A stretch of 64,000 nucleotides of DNA, from assembly GCA_964529025.1 (NCBI GenBank), contig CAZGUZ010000002.1, forward strand, positions 6,885-70,884, read 5' to 3'. The position numbers and the translations under genes were made by a program. Each line of letters starts with the position of its first letter. Position 1 is the stretch's first letter. This document shows, one piece after another, positions 46,399-56,675 of this stretch. Below the pieces are notes generated by a model. It made no database searches, was not told where the DNA came from, and saw only the letters and a program-made list of their open reading frames with translations. The stretch comes from an uncultured Candidatus Saccharibacteria bacterium (GTDB lineage Bacteria > Patescibacteriota > Minisyncoccia > Phycocordibacterales > PALSA-1337).

Positions 46399-48534
46399 TT
46401 ATCTAACTTCGAGTGACAATGTTCCTATTGTATATGTTCCGTGAACGCCTGTACAATGCACACTAATATCATACGTACCTGGTTCAACACTCGAAGTGGT
46501 TGATACTATTCCAGTATCTTGATCAATCGTAATATTTGAATAGCTATCTGATGATCCACCTGAAATAGTAGCGATTGAACAGTTACTGTAGTAACCAATG
46601 ACACCGGTACTTGTTTCGCCAGCTTGAATTGTTTGTGTTGAATCTGCATATGGCGAAGCATCAAAACCGCTCAAGACATAAGGAGTATTTACTGCAATTG
46701 ATCGCCAAATTGTCCCGATACCCGTCAATACAATATCGGCATGCGACGACGTCCAACCAGAAACCCCATTAGCTGCTTCAGAGTAGCCTCCTGAAATCGA
46801 AGCTGAAAAACCTCCGCTTCCTGTAAAGCCTTGATCGGATAAACCTGCTCCAGCTGTATAGACATTACTTGCCGACACTCCAGTGAACGACGTTCCGAAT
46901 ATACCACCTGAACTTGACCCTCCCATGTCTCCGGTTGTGTATGAATTAGAAACTGTGCTGAGCGAAGCATTTGAACCAACAATACCACCACCGCCCGAAG
47001 ATATTGCACCCGTACTATAAGAATCGCTCACCGCTGCAGAGTTTGAACCCAAGCCAACAATTCCTCCACCATTTATACCGATAGCACCTGTCGAATAACA
47101 TCTTGAAACACTTACCATTTCGCTATTTGCACCAACAATTCCGCCTCCACCGGTACTTATATCACCGCTACTACTACAATATTCAAACTCATTACCGTTA
47201 GAGCCCTTTCCAAAGTAGCGCTGCCCTAGCCATCCAGCATTTGTTGCAAGGGTACTACTAACTTCATTCACAGCAATATTTGATACCGTAACATTATTGT
47301 ATCCATCAGCAACCGCTGTTCCGTTTTGAATAAAACCAGGGTAATTACTTACAGTATGTACCGTAATAATTGTTGGTTGTGTAGAGTTGCCGTTTTCACC
47401 TCTAATTTCAATATCATCAGAACCGATAATGATGTAAGAGTTTGCTGAACTTATCGTAAAATCACCCACAAGATGTACAACAAGAGTTCCTGAACCACCA
47501 TTTTGTATTGTTGGGAACAACGTTTGTGTCCAACTATTTCCATCGCCGCTAAACTCAAGTTCACTACCGTTTTGACGAAGATATAAAGTATCAACACCCA
47601 CGAGCGTTGCCCCAACACCTGCAGCTATAACTGCACTTTCAAAACCAACCGTACACGAACCAGTAATTGTCCCTGTTGTATATGTTGAATGCACCCATGT
47701 TCCCGTTGGGCATGTACCACTAACAGTACCTAAACCGTACCCTAATCCAGACTCTGCGGTGAATGACGCTGTTGAACCATGATTAACAGTTCGCGCTCCA
47801 CTCGGTGAGATTCCAATACCACTCAATATTACGGTGTACGAATTAATTGAAGCATTAAAGATTACTGAACATGAAGCATTAATTGCTCCTGTGGTATATA
47901 TCGAACCGTTCCATGTTCCAGCTGGACAGGTTCCACCAACACTTATGGTATATCCCGTTGGAGCGGTAACTGTATATGATTCAGTTGCACCAAAAGAAGT
48001 AATACGCGGTGATAGTGAACTTACTGTTACATTACTACCCGCACTCGACAATACAGCATATGAATTTGAAGAGCCTCGGCCGCCCCTTGATTTACGCACC
48101 TTTGCTGTTGTTGTAGCTTCATCTTCTATAACTTCTTGAACGGGAACAATTTGCTGCTCTGCAATAAGTGAATTGTTAACAAAAGTACGCGTTGCCGAAA
48201 AGAAATTCCCTGTAGGGTATATTAAACCGAGCGGTGCTAATATTTGTTGCGAGAACTGCTGTTGGAGTCGCATTACAGCTGCCCGAGTTTTTGCTCCAAA
48301 AAATTGTGTCTCTTGCCCGAGTGAACCTTCACCTGATTCGGCAACATTAAAACCGTGAGTATTAAGGTATTTTTGAAGGCGCTCTACATCAATACCATTC
48401 GATCCTGGTTTAAGATCTTGCGTAAAAAGCTCTGGAGCTTGAGTCTGGGCTTGCGCTGCGTATGGGCTCAATTGTAAACAAAATACACCGAGCGCAATCA
48501 AACAAGTGTTCCCTAACGTACGCAAAATATTCAT
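46399..48534 (-). CDS. Secreted protein with N-terminal peptidoglycan-binding domain and Gly/Ser-rich beta-helix-like repeats
   Basis: A signal peptide is followed by GIDVERLQKYLNTHGFNV...AVMRLQQQF (PG_binding_1). Repeated GGGGIVG.NS / GGGIVGLGSN / SGGIFGTSF units follow. Confidence 0.65.
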   Translation of the reverse strand: MNILRTLGNTCLIALGVFCLQLSPYAAQAQTQAPELFTQDLKPGSNGIDVERLQKYLNTHGFNVAESGEGSLGQETQFFGAKTRAAVMRLQQQFSQQILAPLGLIYPTGNFFSATRTFVNNSLIAEQQIVPVQEVIEDEATTTAKVRKSRGGRGSSNSYAVLSSAGSNVTVSSLSPRITSFGATESYTVTAPTGYTISVGGTCPAGTWNGSIYTTGAINASCSVIFNASINSYTVILSGIGISPSGARTVNHGSTASFTAESGLGYGLGTVSGTCPTGTWVHSTYTTGTITGSCTVGFESAVIAAGVGATLVGVDTLYLRQNGSELEFSGDGNSWTQTLFPTIQNGGSGTLVVHLVGDFTISSANSYIIIGSDDIEIRGENGNSTQPTIITVHTVSNYPGFIQNGTAVADGYNNVTVSNIAVNEVSSTLATNAGWLGQRYFGKGSNGNEFEYCSSSGDISTGGGGIVGANSEMVSVSRCYSTGAIGINGGGIVGLGSNSAAVSDSYSTGAISSGGGGIVGSNASLSTVSNSYTTGDMGGSSSGGIFGTSFTGVSASNVYTAGAGLSDQGFTGSGGFSASISGGYSEAANGVSGWTSSHADIVLTGIGTIWRSIAVNTPYVLSGFDASPYADSTQTIQAGETSTGVIGYYSNCSIATISGGSSDSYSNITIDQDTGIVSTTSSVEPGTYDISVHCTGVHGTYTIGTLSLEVR

Positions 48535-48583
48535 AGTAAATTTTGAGTGAATTTACTTTATTGTATCACGTACCGCTTTTACT

Positions 48584-48949
48584 CTATACACACGAGCTGC
48601 CGTACATCTCGCCCTTAATCTTTTCGAGTTGAGCAATGACTGTTGAATCAGTGATTTTAGCAAAGCGTGGAAAAGTCTTACCGCCTTTTTCTACATTTCC
48701 CATCCACATTTCAAGTGGTCGATTATCAAAGCATGGAATACCTAAACTTTTTGAAGCTATGTATATAGATGCTTCATATAAAGGTCGATACACAACAAAA
48801 TGCTGTTCACCAGGGCGAGTATCATCTTCAGTATGAAAACCGACACCCATGACTTCATAGGCATAGTTATTTATTGCTCCCTGAGGATCATGCTTATAGT
48901 GATAGTACAAACCTTTTTCGGGCACACGTTGTGGTATGGGTAACGACAT
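48584..48949 (-). CDS. DUF1653-family small protein
   Basis: Contains GLYYHYKHDP...YEV...VVYRPLY, a pattern typical of DUF1653. Confidence 0.5.
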   Translation of the reverse strand: MSLPIPQRVPEKGLYYHYKHDPQGAINNYAYEVMGVGFHTEDDTRPGEQHFVVYRPLYEASIYIASKSLGIPCFDNRPLEMWMGNVEKGGKTFPRFAKITDSTVIAQLEKIKGEMYGSSCV

Positions 48950-48998
48950 ATATTTTTTAATAATTATAGCGCACTTATAAGGGGTTGATACATTAATT

Positions 48999-50459
48999 TT
49001 ACCACACTATGTGTTCGTGGGCTCTGCCGTTCTTAATTTCAATCACTCGCTTAAAACCTACTTTATCGATAAAGAATCGATCATGCGAAACGGCAATGAT
49101 TGACCCTTCGTATTTCATAAGAGCCGATTCTATAACCTCACGTGAAGGAATATCGAGGTGATTTGTTGGTTCATCGAGAAGTAAACATTCATTATGCTGA
49201 TGAGTGAGCTTTGCAAACATGAGTCGCACTCGCTCGCCCATACTGAGTGATGAAATCTTTTTGAATACATCGTGGTTCGAAAACAAGAAGCCTCCCAGAA
49301 TAGCACGTGGATCATGTGTAGCAACTAGATTAGGTGTGCTCAAAAACTCTTCAAGAACTGTGCGATTAAGATCAGTAAAATCTTGCTCTTGGGCGAAATA
49401 CCCAACCGAGATATTGTCTCCAACTTTTACCACCCCACTATCTTGTGCCATCTTATTCATCATAATCTTAAGTAATGTGGTCTTTCCTGAGCCATTGATT
49501 CCTGAAAGCAATACACGCTCTTGTCCTCGAACTTCAAATGATATATTGTTAAGAACTTTCACTGGGCCAAAGCTCTTAGTGACTGAATTTATGCGATAGA
49601 CAAGTTTTGAACGTGCTGCTTCGCCTTCGAGGTGTGCTCCATGTATCTTTTTGTGTAGCCCTATGCGTTGGATTTCTTTATCAAGAATTTCACGCTGCAA
49701 ATATTTTTCTTTTGCTCGTATCATTCTACCTTTACTTGGATCGGGATGGACGGTTGCTTCGACTCGTTTGCGAGCGAGCCATTCTTCGAGTCGCTTCTTT
49801 TCGCGTTGTTGTCGGTCGTAAGCCTCATTGTGAATCTGTTCACGACGAGCACGTTCGACAAGATACGAACTGTAATTGCCTACATATTCATGCACACTAC
49901 GCTCGCGTGGACTTATTTCAAGGATTTTAGTAACCGTTGCATCAAGCAGACTTCGATCGTGAGATATGAGTATAACACCACCCTTAAATGACTGAATGAA
50001 ATGCTCAAGCCAATTTATTGTCGCTCGATCAAGGTGGTTTGTTGGTTCATCGAGGAGTAAAAATGTTGGTTTATTGCCAAGAACTTTTGCAAGTGACAAC
50101 CGGCGCTTTTGTCCACCACTCAAATCGTGCACAAGTGTACTTGGGGCAATATGACCAAGTCCGACATCGTGCAATGCTTTTATTTGTTGTGCAACAGGAA
50201 CCGTAGCAAGGTAGGTCGCCACAGTGTCAGTTACTTGGTACTCAATGTCTTGTGGTAAATATCCAATTCTTTCATGGTCAATGGCTATTGAACCAGCATC
50301 TGGTTCATGGAGACCAGCTATAGAACGCATAAGTGTTGTTTTACCACTACCATTAGGACCAACAATTCCCAATCTATCACCAGCTGTAATTACTATACTT
50401 ACTTGTTCGAATAGTGCTTCACCGAGTATGTGTATGCTTATATTTTTTATTTTTATCAT
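48999..50459 (-). CDS. ABC-F family ATPase (second paralogue)
   Basis: Two ABC cassettes with GPNGSGKTTL and GINGSGKTTL Walker A sites, LSGGQKRRL and LSMGERVRL signatures, and an Arg/Glu-rich linker. The start is taken at the internal Met MIKIKNI. Confidence 0.8.
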   Translation of the reverse strand: MIKIKNISIHILGEALFEQVSIVITAGDRLGIVGPNGSGKTTLMRSIAGLHEPDAGSIAIDHERIGYLPQDIEYQVTDTVATYLATVPVAQQIKALHDVGLGHIAPSTLVHDLSGGQKRRLSLAKVLGNKPTFLLLDEPTNHLDRATINWLEHFIQSFKGGVILISHDRSLLDATVTKILEISPRERSVHEYVGNYSSYLVERARREQIHNEAYDRQQREKKRLEEWLARKRVEATVHPDPSKGRMIRAKEKYLQREILDKEIQRIGLHKKIHGAHLEGEAARSKLVYRINSVTKSFGPVKVLNNISFEVRGQERVLLSGINGSGKTTLLKIMMNKMAQDSGVVKVGDNISVGYFAQEQDFTDLNRTVLEEFLSTPNLVATHDPRAILGGFLFSNHDVFKKISSLSMGERVRLMFAKLTHQHNECLLLDEPTNHLDIPSREVIESALMKYEGSIIAVSHDRFFIDKVGFKRVIEIKNGRAHEHIVW

Positions 50460-50716
50460 ATAGTTAGAAGAAAAAAACCAATAATTTCTATTGGGTTTTT
50501 TCTTCGCTCTTACTGCATATACATTACGAGATGCGTTCCGAAGCAAAAATTCCCAATAGTAAAACTGCCTGGGGTGTGAATCCCTTGAGTTCGTTGAGAA
50601 TGATGTTTGCTCGACGTTTCATACATATACTATACCACAGGATATATGCTAGGTCGAGCGCTATTTAATCCACACAATATCATAGCGGTACATACGCCCA
50701 AGGACAGATTGGTCTT

Positions 50717-51223
50717 TTATACTTTTCGCTGTATAAGGCGCTCAAGGATACTCGATTCATCAGCATCATCCCTACCAAATCGATGTCGTTGTTCTTTCAT
50801 GATTTCAATGAGTTGCTGTGGTGGCATAAAACGTACCTCACTCAAGGCTTCGATATCATCCTTAGCGCGTAGACTTTCATCAATTGATATAAGATTACAC
50901 AAAAAATATATTGTAGTCTTTTCTATAGAAACATTACCTTTAGGAAAATTGATAACAATAGGGCCAAGGTAATCAACAATTTCTCCGGTTGCACCAAACT
51001 CTTCTCGTAAGCCTCGATAAAGAGTTTCTTCTATTGACTCACCAAGTTCTGGAGTCTCACGCATAAGAATATACAGATCCTTAAATTCCCCCAATGAAGG
51101 ATGTTCAAACTTTTTAAAGTAGTGTACTGCGACTTCGCCCTGAGCATTTTGCATAACTGCACCTATAGAAAGATGATATGGGTGATTCTCTGTGCCTTTG
51201 AAGTAGTTAGTTTTGGGTTTCAT
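50717..51223 (-). CDS. NUDIX hydrolase
   Basis: Nudix box GESIEETLYRGLREEFGATG (GX5EX7REUXEEXGU). Confidence 0.75.
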   Translation of the reverse strand: MKPKTNYFKGTENHPYHLSIGAVMQNAQGEVAVHYFKKFEHPSLGEFKDLYILMRETPELGESIEETLYRGLREEFGATGEIVDYLGPIVINFPKGNVSIEKTTIYFLCNLISIDESLRAKDDIEALSEVRFMPPQQLIEIMKEQRHRFGRDDADESSILERLIQRKV

Positions 51224-51352
51224 ATTTCTATCATATCTCTTTTTGAGACTTTGTTCAAAATTTGTTGGGTGACGAGCTGGCTACTAGCGTTTACAAAAGA
51301 CTAATTATATAGCTCACTCAAGAATATTGCACTAGTTTTACCGTTGTAATCT

Positions 51353-52102
51353 TTACTCATAGTTCCACGTACTTAAGTCAAAGTTGGTGAAATCATAGAA
51401 CTTACTATTTTCAAGATTATACTGACCAAGATATGGGTTGTTTGTTGTAAGTCTAAAAGGATTTTTCTGAAAGAGATATACCAGACCTTTACTTGGAACA
51501 CCCGGATACACCCATAATAGCCACTCCTCCCTTCCTAGAGTATATTCGTTGCGGAGATTAATTTGTTTGTACAGAAGCAAGTAAGCTACTAAGTGCTCTT
51601 CAAGAAAAAAGTTAATTTGGTTTTCACTCTTCTCTCTCTTATAAAATTTAATATCTTCATCGATCCATTTTTGGAAGAGCTCGTCTTTTTTATACAACTT
51701 CCTGAGTTCTCGAAGCTTTCCATCAAAATCTTTAGTGTTTATATAAAGATCGTTCCAGTTTTGATAGGTAAATGCATGCTGAATCTGTAGTTTCTGTTTA
51801 TTCTTCTGCACAAGATTTTGGAGTGCGTTCTTGTGCTTAATTACTTCGATCATGAATCTCTCTTTGAGGATACTCGCTCTATCATCTGATAAAAGATATA
51901 GGAAATCTCCGTAAATAAAATTTAATCCTATCTTTGGCTCCGTTACTTTGTTTATACCAAAATCAAGAATCCACTCAATGCATTTTTGAGCAGACTGACC
52001 GGTGGCAATTCGAGACATAGAGATTGGCATAGCCACCATTCCCCAACCTTTCGGAAATTTGTTTATACCAAAAAACTTGTTCTTTGGAAGTTTATTATTC
52101 AT
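51353..52102 (-). CDS. Hypothetical protein (249 aa), very AT-rich codon usage
   Basis: No recognised motif. It is the first gene of the AT-rich block. Confidence 0.5.
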   Translation of the reverse strand: MNNKLPKNKFFGINKFPKGWGMVAMPISMSRIATGQSAQKCIEWILDFGINKVTEPKIGLNFIYGDFLYLLSDDRASILKERFMIEVIKHKNALQNLVQKNKQKLQIQHAFTYQNWNDLYINTKDFDGKLRELRKLYKKDELFQKWIDEDIKFYKREKSENQINFFLEEHLVAYLLLYKQINLRNEYTLGREEWLLWVYPGVPSKGLVYLFQKNPFRLTTNNPYLGQYNLENSKFYDFTNFDLSTWNYE

Positions 52103-52166
52103 GGAGGCAATAGTATCAGAGAATCCCGAACTTGCTAAGTTAAAAGGGTGATCTAATCCACTCTAC

Positions 52167-52670
52167 TCACAAACCCTTCATCGCTGTCTCAAGAATTAAT
52201 GTATCTCGTTCTTTAATTAATTTGCCACCATAGTCATCCGTAGCACTACCTGAAACAAGTTTGAGTGCTTCTGTAATATCGACCCAGACTGGTTGTTCAA
52301 AGCCTTGAGTCATTTCGCGTTCTGTAAGAGTTGTTTCTTTTCTATCGCCGACTATCTTGCCGATATAACAGTATGAAGTTTGAATTACTGAATACCCTGC
52401 TCTATACTCAATAATTTTTCCTAACTCTGAAATAACTTCTACGTCAGAACCGATTTCTTCCATACATTCTCTACGGAAAGCTGCGATTCTATCCTCACCT
52501 TCTTCTATACCTCCTCCGGGTAATTTATAGTATTGATATTTTGAGACATGCAAAATAGCGACCTTATTGTTTGAATCAAAAACTACACCTCGAGATGCTG
52601 AGCGAGGTTTGTATGTATGAGCAACTTCATCGCTCACTTTGTCTGGATTTATGATTCTAAGAATTTGCAT
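52167..52670 (-). CDS. NUDIX hydrolase (second)
   Basis: Nudix box GGGIEEGEDRIAAFRRECMEEIG. Confidence 0.75.
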   Translation of the reverse strand: MQILRIINPDKVSDEVAHTYKPRSASRGVVFDSNNKVAILHVSKYQYYKLPGGGIEEGEDRIAAFRRECMEEIGSDVEVISELGKIIEYRAGYSVIQTSYCYIGKIVGDRKETTLTEREMTQGFEQPVWVDITEALKLVSGSATDDYGGKLIKERDTLILETAMKGL

Positions 52671-52725
52671 TTTTGTTAAGTTAGTTGATTAGCTGCCCCA
52701 CACAAAACTGAGACTAATTTAAAAA

Positions 52726-53493
52726 CTAATTTATTATCTTAGAGATAAAACTATGCAATTCTGGGTTTGCAGCAAGCATTGTTGTATCTTTAAATGTCCA
52801 GGGTTTGCCTGTTGTGGCTGTTATTTTACAGCCAGATTCTTCGAGGATAAGCGAAGGTGCTGCATGATCCCATAATTCTCCTCCATTTGTGGCAAACCAA
52901 TCCCTTCTTCCAGTTGCAACATAGAGTGTATTAATCCCCATACCATAGAAACTTGTTGTAGACACCTTACCTGTTGAACTTGCATTGAGCATCTTTTGAA
53001 GCTTAACGATATCATCAGATCTTAGATTACCGCTGTAGCATCCTACGGTATTATCAAGAGACTTCATCTGTGTGCATGTAACTCTTTCATTGTTCAAATA
53101 GGCACCCGCACCTCTTTTTGCATAGCAAAGTTCGTCGTGTATTGGATCGTATATCACCGCCAATTCAACAACTCCCGCTTTTGCTCGTGCTATTAAAACT
53201 GTGTATAAAGGAATACTTTTTGAAAAGTTGAGTGTTCCATCGAGTGGATCAATTATCCAAACGTACTCGGCATCTGTATTTGATTCTCCGGTTTCCTCAG
53301 AAATGATTCCGTCCTGAGGAAATTCTTTTTTGATTGATTCGGTAATAAATTTATTAGAAGCAAGATCTGCTTGTGTTACTACATCGAGTGCATGCTCTTT
53401 AATATATTGAACTTCGGCTTTCTTAAAAAATTCGAGAGTAATCTTACCTGCTTGTTTTGCTATATCCTGAATGAATTGTTCTGGATTTGTCAT
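52726..53493 (-). CDS. Inositol-monophosphatase-family phosphatase (SuhB/CysQ-like)
   Basis: Contains ISEETGE...WIIDPLDGTLNF, the IMPase/FBPase metal-binding signature. Confidence 0.8.
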   Translation of the reverse strand: MTNPEQFIQDIAKQAGKITLEFFKKAEVQYIKEHALDVVTQADLASNKFITESIKKEFPQDGIISEETGESNTDAEYVWIIDPLDGTLNFSKSIPLYTVLIARAKAGVVELAVIYDPIHDELCYAKRGAGAYLNNERVTCTQMKSLDNTVGCYSGNLRSDDIVKLQKMLNASSTGKVSTTSFYGMGINTLYVATGRRDWFATNGGELWDHAAPSLILEESGCKITATTGKPWTFKDTTMLAANPELHSFISKIIN

Positions 53494-53656
53494 AGAGTAA
53501 CGTTATCATATTTGAAGAAAAATGACATAGTAAAACCCAGACCGAATTGTCTGGGTTGAAGTTATGTGCCCACACGCCAATACCCTAATCCAGACAAAAA
53601 AACGCGTCGGAGGAATCCGACGCGCTGTTCGTGGGTTGGTGATGAGGATGGGCATT

Positions 53657-54214
53657 TTATAATATTTTGAACTCGTATTCGGACAGATGAAGCTCTTCCA
53701 AATCACAACCGACATCATCTAGTTTGTCTTTATACTCTTCTTTGTAATGTGGAATAATTTTGAATGGCAAAATACCGAGCCCCTCAAAGACACCATCTGC
53801 GTGTGGGCTGTAAAAATACTTACACCAGACATTTGCCCCAGCTGATTCTCCTGCAACCACTTTACCCTGAAGATATTTGTGAAGTTCTGGGTACTTCTTT
53901 AATGCACCGAGAAGCTTTAAGCTTACACCGCCATGGAAATAAATAATATCTGCATTTTTGACCTGATCGACAAAATGATCTTCGTTCGCGGTCTCAATAA
54001 AGATTTCCCTATCACCTTTCACACTATTGAATTCAGTAGTTACCTTTTCAATCGCACGGGGTATACGATCAGAATCTTTGGCAAATGGCACAAGTAGTAG
54101 GCGCTTACCCTGAGAATCGGCTTTTAAAATTGTCGAGTAAAAATCACTGTTATCTCTTCCTTTTTCTTCTGTATTAAATCCTCCATGGAGGATAAAAGTA
54201 ATATCCTTATTCAT
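53657..54214 (-). CDS. Peptidase S51-like (dipeptidase E / class I glutamine-amidotransferase-like fold)
   Basis: Contains the GESAGA nucleophile elbow, an upstream HGG and a fold-typical length. Assignment is tentative. Confidence 0.5.
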   Translation of the reverse strand: MNKDITFILHGGFNTEEKGRDNSDFYSTILKADSQGKRLLLVPFAKDSDRIPRAIEKVTTEFNSVKGDREIFIETANEDHFVDQVKNADIIYFHGGVSLKLLGALKKYPELHKYLQGKVVAGESAGANVWCKYFYSPHADGVFEGLGILPFKIIPHYKEEYKDKLDDVGCDLEELHLSEYEFKIL

Positions 54215-54244
54215 GTATTATTCTATAATCTAAATCGTCCTGGT

Positions 54245-54847
54245 CTAACCCAAAAACTTATCTGGAAAATTTCCTGACTGTTCCCAAGCAAATTTATGTC
54301 TTTCCTTAAAAGCGACCTTTACTTCTGGTAAAACAATCTTTCTCTCCCAATCTTTCTTTAGTTTATTTCTGTTTGATTCCATTAATTCTGGAATAGATTT
54401 CTTATTATTTTCCTTAAAATAAATTGACCAGAATGGACCGATAAGATGAGATGCGGCATCAGCAGAAGAAACAATTTTTACTTCAATTGGGGCTTCGTTA
54501 AGATCGATTTCCATCTTTTTTTCAAAGATAGCAAGATATGTAATTACTTTATCAACAAAGCCTTCATTCAATCCGATCTCAAGTAATTTTGTGCGTCCCT
54601 CTTCAAACATCTTCTCATCATGTTCATTGTCCTTATCTAGAATTTTGGCATAATCATGAATCCAGACCAAAGCCATTACTACATCTCTGTCGGCATCTTT
54701 ATAAATATCACATAGTTCAAAAGAGATCCTCTCGACAAAATTCAAATGGAGATCGACAAACCAGTCATGGTGAATAAACGTAGGATTTTTTGTTGCGTCA
54801 ATCACATGATTCTTAAACTGCCCTAAAAGCTTAGTGTTTGATGGCAT
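54245..54847 (-). CDS. HD-domain-like phosphohydrolase
   Basis: His/Asp pairs (IHHD...LVWIHDYAK...D) are spaced as in HD hydrolases. Confidence 0.45.
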   Translation of the reverse strand: MPSNTKLLGQFKNHVIDATKNPTFIHHDWFVDLHLNFVERISFELCDIYKDADRDVVMALVWIHDYAKILDKDNEHDEKMFEEGRTKLLEIGLNEGFVDKVITYLAIFEKKMEIDLNEAPIEVKIVSSADAASHLIGPFWSIYFKENNKKSIPELMESNRNKLKKDWERKIVLPEVKVAFKERHKFAWEQSGNFPDKFLG

Positions 54848-54952
54848 ATATCAATATTAACTTAATTTTCTTTATTGTCATACCAAATCGGTGGTGTTCA
54901 ATAATCTAGAAATTTATACGTAACGCTCTGTAAGTATATTTATAGCCATGAT

Positions 54953-56002
54953 TTAGGCTTTAGGATTCAAGAGATCTCTGTTTTTCTTCAAATACTCCTG
55001 AATAACAGCTATTCTCTCGGGTCGATTTGTTGTGTGCCAGCGTGGGATTCGCCCATGGCTACTCACAATGATAGCTGCATGGAGAACACTTCGATCAAAA
55101 TCTTTTTCTCCGAAATAACCCTTTATCATCTGCTCTGCCGCCTCTTCTGAATTATAGTGCGAGACTGCTATGATAATTGCCAAACCAAGATCTAAGATAG
55201 GATGATTAAAAGCTGGAGTTGGATCAAAAATAGTTAATGGTTCTGTAGCAAATACATTGTATGCTGAAAAATCATTGTGGCAGTATGTACTTCGCTTATC
55301 ATGAGCTGCTTGCTGTTTGATTATTTCAATAGCCTGATCAATTGATCCATGATCTGAATCATTAAGAAGTCGGTGTTCTTGAGTGTATTTAAGTCTCTTT
55401 GAAATATGCATTGGAAACCATTCGGAGAAAGTTTTGTAATCAGGTTTACCATTATGCACGGGTCCGTAACCGTCGACATTTCTTGTATGCATCTTTGCGA
55501 GGAGAGATCCAAGTGAATGGAATATATTCCGTGACAGCATTTCTTCCAAAGAATATGTTTGACCTAGAATTGGTGCATCGACATACTTCATAAGTGTATA
55601 TGGTCTATCACCCACATAACCCTCTTCTACTATATGTGGTACTGATACTCCATCTTCTTCCCAGGTTTTGAGAAAGGCCCCTTCTCCTTCTATGGGCTTA
55701 GGTAAAAGTGTTATCTTGAGTACGTACTTATTTTCTTCTGCATTAATGATTGATACGAGAGAAGTTTGGCCGGCTTGAGCGAATGTGATTTCTACTTCTT
55801 TGTCTTTAAAAAGTTTGTGGCTGGAAATGAAATCACTGATTTTTGGAACGAGTTCTTTTTTTATTTGATTGCGGCTTTCGTCAACGCTGTGTTCAGAGAG
55901 TTTTGGTTTGTTGAGAAAGGTTGGGTTTTTCATTTGTTTATTATATCTCGTTTTTGGGGTTGTGGGGGGGTGGAAATTTGTGCTGACACACTTAACTCTC
56001 AC
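54953..56002 (-). CDS. Aminoglycoside-phosphotransferase-like / choline-kinase-like small-molecule kinase
   Basis: Brenner motif CHNDFSAYN (HxDxxxxN) plus a downstream IFDPT...D metal-binding Asp. The real start may be MKNPTF. Confidence 0.65.
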   Translation of the reverse strand: MRVKCVSTNFHPPTTPKTRYNKQMKNPTFLNKPKLSEHSVDESRNQIKKELVPKISDFISSHKLFKDKEVEITFAQAGQTSLVSIINAEENKYVLKITLLPKPIEGEGAFLKTWEEDGVSVPHIVEEGYVGDRPYTLMKYVDAPILGQTYSLEEMLSRNIFHSLGSLLAKMHTRNVDGYGPVHNGKPDYKTFSEWFPMHISKRLKYTQEHRLLNDSDHGSIDQAIEIIKQQAAHDKRSTYCHNDFSAYNVFATEPLTIFDPTPAFNHPILDLGLAIIIAVSHYNSEEAAEQMIKGYFGEKDFDRSVLHAAIIVSSHGRIPRWHTTNRPERIAVIQEYLKKNRDLLNPKA

Positions 56003-56590
56003 CTATTCTTCAATGATTTTCACAATTTTGAGAGCTGGATAATCATCTTTATTCTCAAATGACTTTCTGTAGTATTCGTTCCAGTAGCTCGTCATTCGCG
56101 ATTTTGTCTTTTCCCAAAAGATGGGATTATCAGTAATAAATTTCTTATACAGAGCTTTATCTTTTTCAACAGCTCCTTTTGTCATCTCGACTATTTCTAT
56201 AACGTATTCCCCTAGCAACATAACGACAAAAGGCACTGTCCAAGGTGTCTCGTTCTCGAGGATTTTCTTCAAATGCTTTTGGCGAACGAAACCATCGTGG
56301 TGTCTTGTATATATACAGCTTAAAACTAACTGCTGTGTAGCGGTAAGACTACTGGTAGCAGAACTATCAGGCTCAGGGTTATATATTCTTGAGTAAATTC
56401 GAATCGAATCAGACTCTACAGAGAGAGTTTCTTCTGTCTTATGTGGAAGATGTTTGCTTTTGGGAATAAGCATAGCCACAACCTCCACATCTGAATTAAG
56501 GGTTGATGGAAACATTTCAAAAAATGCTTCGGACTCTTGTTTTGTTTTCTTGAGCAGATTAAACATATGAAACATTATATCTCTTATCAA
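56003..56590 (-). CDS. Hypothetical protein (195 aa), translationally coupled to the kinase gene
   Basis: There is zero gap to the downstream kinase ORF. No motif was recognised. Confidence 0.45.
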   Translation of the reverse strand: MIRDIMFHMFNLLKKTKQESEAFFEMFPSTLNSDVEVVAMLIPKSKHLPHKTEETLSVESDSIRIYSRIYNPEPDSSATSSLTATQQLVLSCIYTRHHDGFVRQKHLKKILENETPWTVPFVVMLLGEYVIEIVEMTKGAVEKDKALYKKFITDNPIFWEKTKSRMTSYWNEYYRKSFENKDDYPALKIVKIIEE

Positions 56591-56675
56591 GATTTTTACT
56601 ACATTGAATATATTTGGAGAACTGTACTGAGCAAAATTATGCGCTTTGGCAGCCAGACCTTTCTTGTGTTATTTA

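Noticed and set aside
51353-52102. Idea that the 249-aa AT-rich protein is a cyclodipeptide synthase
   Set aside because: The size is right but the diagnostic G-x-S-x-x-N-S-x-F motif region is not convincingly present, so it is kept as hypothetical.
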